In this document: one piece after another, positions 60,255 through 64,000 of the stretch
Layout of the letters: every line of letters begins with the position of its first letter
Position numbering within the stretch: the first letter of the stretch is position 1
NCBI GenBank assembly: GCA_963663965.2
Contig: CAXXFK010000007.1
Location: forward strand, 32,001-96,000
Direction: 5' to 3'
Length of the DNA stretch: 64,000 bases
From: Sedimentisphaerales bacterium
Lineage (GTDB): Bacteria > Planctomycetota > Phycisphaerae > Sedimentisphaerales > SM23-30
The notes under the pieces: generated by a model
Databases searched by the model: none
What the model was told of the DNA's origin: nothing
Seen by the model: only the letters and a program-made list of their open reading frames with translations
Program-made: the position numbers and the translations under genes

Positions 60255-61753
60255 GGTTTACTCCTGGTGGTTTTTAAATTGCATCCCACGGAAAAACTCA
60301 AGGGATAGAGTGTGTCATTTTCATCTCTCGTACGCGGTCCGATCTGAGCGGCGTCTTGAAACCGGCTGGATTGGTTCAGGTCATTGATCAGTTGGGTGCC
60401 CAGTTCAGCCTGGTTGGCCCGAACGGTAACGACGACTTGTTTGTTGTCACTGCCGGGCGGGATAGATTGGGTCAATGTCAAATTGGCAATAAAGGCATCG
60501 CGGGTTTCGGGCATGAGCTGATTAATTTCGTAAAGGATCCGAAGATATTCAACCCGTGAACCATTCATTTCTGCCGGCAAATAAGAACTGAACAATTCCC
60601 AGGTCTGTTTGCTTTGCATAATATTGTTTAATTCGGGTTCCAGCTGGCTGATCTGGCCTTTTAGCTGACGCAAATGAGCCATTTTCTGGTCCAGAATGCT
60701 TAACCATAACCCCCCCCCCACCAGAATCAGGGTTACTACAGCGGCGATTAAAGGCGTCCAGGAGAATTTTTTCTTTTCAATATGGCGGCCATGTGGATGT
60801 AGAAAATCGAACCAGACGACGCTGGAAGAGAGACCGTCCAGCGCCGCCCCAATGGCAGGCACATAGTCTACTTTGTTGGGTATTTTTTCGCTTGCGCCAG
60901 CAAAACGGATGCCGGCGCCTGCCTTACAAAGTGTTACCGGCATACTGAGTTTTTGCTGCAAAACAGCCAGGCTCTCTTCATTCGGTTCCTGGTGGCTGGT
61001 CAGATAGAGGTGTTCCGGCTTGGGCCTGCCATGGTGGAGTTTGAGGGTATTAAAAATTCGAGGTATTTGATCATGAAGGGCGCTGAATACATTGTCATTC
61101 TGGTCAAAATGGATCGTTTGCAATGCGACCAAACCATGGCCGTCCATAATAGCTACGTAAGCGCGGGAGGATTCGCAATAGACTACGGCAATATTATTGC
61201 GCGGATCTTTTTTCCAATTGAACAGGAGGCCATTAATGCTGGCGACTGAACGCAATTCCAGCGAATGCAGTTTGATCCCCCCCGCGGTTGCCAGATCACG
61301 GCAAAATGTAACGACTGAATCCCGAACTGCCCCCACCAATATCGTGTCGTCAATATTTTGTTCTAAACGATTATTGATTTTGGCGGCGCCAAACCATAAA
61401 TCAAAAGTTAATTCATTGGAAGGCCCTGCGATCGTCTGGCGTGAAAGGGAAATGATTCGTTCGACAATATTGCGGTTAATATGGGTTTTCCCTTTGGGAA
61501 GATCCAGGTCGCCGGCAGAAAATCGCTTGATAAAACAAAGCCGATGAGGCAAAGTCATAACGGCGGGTTGGTTTTGCAGCCCTTTTTCTTGTAGGGCCTC
61601 ACCCAACATCCGGCCAAGCAAAATCGGTTCAGTTGACTGCTCCAGGCTGAAAGGAAGCTCCAATAGTCGATCCAGAATATAGCGGCTCCCCCGCCGTTTC
61701 ATGCTGACGACTTTTATGGAATTATCGGCAATGTCGATTCCAAGTATGCTCAT
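60251..61753 (-). CDS. PilM-PilN fusion / GspL-like protein
   Basis: ILGIDIADNSIKVV actin-like start, AIGAAL, a single TM segment, a coiled coil and a PilN-like C-terminus. Confidence 0.75.
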   Translation of the reverse strand: MSILGIDIADNSIKVVSMKRRGSRYILDRLLELPFSLEQSTEPILLGRMLGEALQEKGLQNQPAVMTLPHRLCFIKRFSAGDLDLPKGKTHINRNIVERIISLSRQTIAGPSNELTFDLWFGAAKINNRLEQNIDDTILVGAVRDSVVTFCRDLATAGGIKLHSLELRSVASINGLLFNWKKDPRNNIAVVYCESSRAYVAIMDGHGLVALQTIHFDQNDNVFSALHDQIPRIFNTLKLHHGRPKPEHLYLTSHQEPNEESLAVLQQKLSMPVTLCKAGAGIRFAGASEKIPNKVDYVPAIGAALDGLSSSVVWFDFLHPHGRHIEKKKFSWTPLIAAVVTLILVGGGLWLSILDQKMAHLRQLKGQISQLEPELNNIMQSKQTWELFSSYLPAEMNGSRVEYLRILYEINQLMPETRDAFIANLTLTQSIPPGSDNKQVVVTVRANQAELGTQLINDLNQSSRFQDAAQIGPRTRDENDTLYPLSFSVGCNLKTTRSKP

Positions 61754-62018
61754 ACTGTCTGGATTTTCAGTTCAATCCGTAATCTTTTTTTATGCATAGC
61801 CGGGCTGGTTGTTTGGGCTATTTTTATTCTTGATTGAATAACTCATGAATAGTATGGATGATTGCTTGTGATGCCAAAATCAATGGGTGAGTTATCCATC
61901 CGACATCAACAAATCGATATTTTTTGTGATCATACTATTAATAATTGTAGTGAGTATGCGTCGGTGACCCTTGTTGAGCCCCCCCGTTTACAATCCGGGA
62001 TTTAATTATTTATTCAAA

Positions 62019-63836
62019 CTAGTTATCGGTCTTTTTAGTTCCGTTGACCATAAATTCCTTCATATTCACTGATTCGTCTCGTGCAACCCGGTATATCTCA
62101 GATAACGAGGTCACTCCCATGCCCGCCCGAATCAGGCCGCTACGGTACAAGGTTCTCATGCCGTCAGCCATTGCCTGTTGTTTGATCTGGGCGGCATTGG
62201 CTCTTTCTATGAGCATCTGTTTTATGGTGGGCCCAATTGTAAACATTTCAAAAATAGCTGACCGTCCTTTAAATCCGGTAAAACGGCATTCAGGGCAACC
62301 CGACTCAGCATAAAGGATCTTGCTCGCAAGCTCCTCTTTCACTTCTTTGGGGATACTTTTGTCCTTCCCCATGGGTTTGAGACATTTTTTACATAAAAGC
62401 CGAATCAGGCGTTGAGCCAGCACCGCTTCTAAGGAAGAGGCAACCAGATAAGGCTCAACCCCCATTTCCATCAGACGCACTGGCGCGGAAGGAGCATCAT
62501 TTGTGTGCAAAGTACTTAAAACCAGATGGCCAGTCATTGCGGCAGAAACGGATATCTGGGCTGTTTCTCTGTCTCTAATTTCGCCAACCATGATAATGTC
62601 TGGATCATGGCGTAATATATTTCTTAAAATATTGGCAAATGATAGATTGATGGCATTGTTTACCTGGATTTGTGAAACGCCTTCAAGTTGATATTCAATA
62701 GGGTCTTCGACGGTGATCACCTTGCGAAATTCATGATCAATTTCATTTAAAACAGCATAAAGTGTTGTTGTTTTACCACAGCCGGTCGGCCCGGTTACTA
62801 GGATTATACCATGAGAAATATTCAGCACCTGTCTGAACACCCCGAGATAGTCGGGTTGCATCCCGAGTTGATCAAGCTTGATAAAGGACATTTGCCGGTC
62901 CAATATCCTCAAGGCAATTCCCTGGCCAAACATTGTTGGAAGAATGGAAACACGGATATCGATGGGCCGCCCATATATCTGAAGTCTGATTTGACCATCT
63001 TGAGGGAGTCTCTTTTCAGCGATATCAAGGTTAGACATGATCTTGAGACGGGATATTATGGCCGGTTCTAAATTTTTAATATTGTCGGGCGTCGGTTCGA
63101 TCTGAAGCATGCCATCAACACGGTATCTTATTCTTAATTGGTCTTCAAAGGGTTCAATATGAATATCGGAAGCCCCAATTCGGATAGCCTCCATCAATAA
63201 TTGATTGACATATCTGATAATGGCGGCGTCTTCTTCTGGTTGTCCTGTGATGGAATGAAGATGGCGTTGGTTTTGATTTAATAACTGAATACTTCCGTCA
63301 GACGCTATTCTTGCCCTGTCGGCGGTGATTCGACCAGACTGAGGGGTTTCGTCTGGTAAAATATCCTGAATCATTTCCGCGCCAAACCCATAGATGGATT
63401 TGGTTAGTATAGCGATGTCGTATGGGCGGACCAGATGGGGTTGAATTGCCAATCCCGTTCCAAATTGGCCTTTGATTTCGGCATTGCGAGAAAGAATTAA
63501 TGCATATTCTTCGCTCTTATCAAATTGGGCCGGATCCGCAATGGCAATATTAAGAGTGTGGCCGTTAAATGCGATGGGGACAATCGAGTATTCATGGGCA
63601 ATACGAATTGGAATTAGCTTGGATAATGATGGATCTGGCTTGATGCTGTGAATGTCTAGCAGATCAATTTGTAGATAGTCTGACAGGGCGGCCCATATCC
63701 TGTTTTCCATTTCTGGGAATCGCTTTAAAAGCTTATAATAGATTGGTTCACCTTGCCCCCCCTGCATGTTAACTTCGTCCAAAGTGAGGTTATCAAAAAG
63801 CTTTTTGGCCAGTAGAAATTGTGCAAAATCATCCAT
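62019..63836 (-). CDS. gspE: GspE/PilB-family secretion ATPase
   Basis: ASDIHIEP, DIAEKRLPQDG, Walker A GPTGCGKTTT, EDPIEY, LRHDPDIIMVGEIRD, HTNDA and a tetra-Cys motif. Confidence 0.93.
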   Translation of the reverse strand: MDDFAQFLLAKKLFDNLTLDEVNMQGGQGEPIYYKLLKRFPEMENRIWAALSDYLQIDLLDIHSIKPDPSLSKLIPIRIAHEYSIVPIAFNGHTLNIAIADPAQFDKSEEYALILSRNAEIKGQFGTGLAIQPHLVRPYDIAILTKSIYGFGAEMIQDILPDETPQSGRITADRARIASDGSIQLLNQNQRHLHSITGQPEEDAAIIRYVNQLLMEAIRIGASDIHIEPFEDQLRIRYRVDGMLQIEPTPDNIKNLEPAIISRLKIMSNLDIAEKRLPQDGQIRLQIYGRPIDIRVSILPTMFGQGIALRILDRQMSFIKLDQLGMQPDYLGVFRQVLNISHGIILVTGPTGCGKTTTLYAVLNEIDHEFRKVITVEDPIEYQLEGVSQIQVNNAINLSFANILRNILRHDPDIIMVGEIRDRETAQISVSAAMTGHLVLSTLHTNDAPSAPVRLMEMGVEPYLVASSLEAVLAQRLIRLLCKKCLKPMGKDKSIPKEVKEELASKILYAESGCPECRFTGFKGRSAIFEMFTIGPTIKQMLIERANAAQIKQQAMADGMRTLYRSGLIRAGMGVTSLSEIYRVARDESVNMKEFMVNGTKKTDN

Positions 63837-64000
63837 GAATCAATTCCAGATATTTAACATCGGCAACTGTTTGCGAGTGTTTGGGCTATTCTTTCCTGTT
63901 GCAATACTATTATTGGTAGGCTTCCCAGGCAAATGGGTTATTTTAGGCCTTTGAATACTATAATTACGGATTTATGAAGTTTTCTTACCAGGCGATTTGG

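Noticed and set aside
53237..61989. GAG-C7/8-GTTT occurring in two intergenic regions (53237 and 61976)
   Set aside because: Only two low-complexity copies, in opposite orientation relative to their downstream genes; not distinguishable from chance.

Overview
This is a chromosomal segment from a bacterium that looks like an anaerobic Planctomycete (Phycisphaerae/Sedimentisphaerales-like). That call is inferred from PAPGA-type PEP-CTERM proteins, dockerin-like EF-hand tails, an ECF-sigma/FecR/LamG cassette, a Tat sulfatase and NifSU. Housekeeping genes: the 5' part of gyrA (missed by the ORF track because it runs off the window edge), metK, LOG-hisA-dtd, nifU-nifS divergent from feoAB, metE and groES-groEL. 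Between them lie many secreted or periplasmic beta-propeller, protease and TPR proteins, three histidine kinases (two with CxxCH heme-c motifs), and a T2SS/T4P-like cluster (ATPase, PilMN-like, PilO-like, GspC-like, lipoprotein, secretin). I saw no rRNA, tRNA, CRISPR array, prophage or transposase. Three genes are interrupted by a single lesion each: an in-frame TAG in a prepilin-leader/polytopic-membrane/zinc-ribbon fusion, an extra base in a PEP-CTERM gene, and a -1 shift at C-AAA-AAG in the secretin. These may be assembly errors. Best leads for undescribed biology: (i) shared 11-bp-periodic GTAA boxes linking a TPR/kinase/OmpR operon to an FG-GAP/NHL/protease/DUF3352-like locus; (ii) a sigma-54 promoter driving a degenerate receiver gene ahead of groESL; (iii) a pseudoknot-capable RNA element abutting an RBS; (iv) a dispersed 9-7-9 intergenic palindrome and an AWTGGSWTCGKT repeat cluster; (v) an unannotated 29-aa membrane peptide. 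All domain names are from motif recognition by eye, not from database searches.
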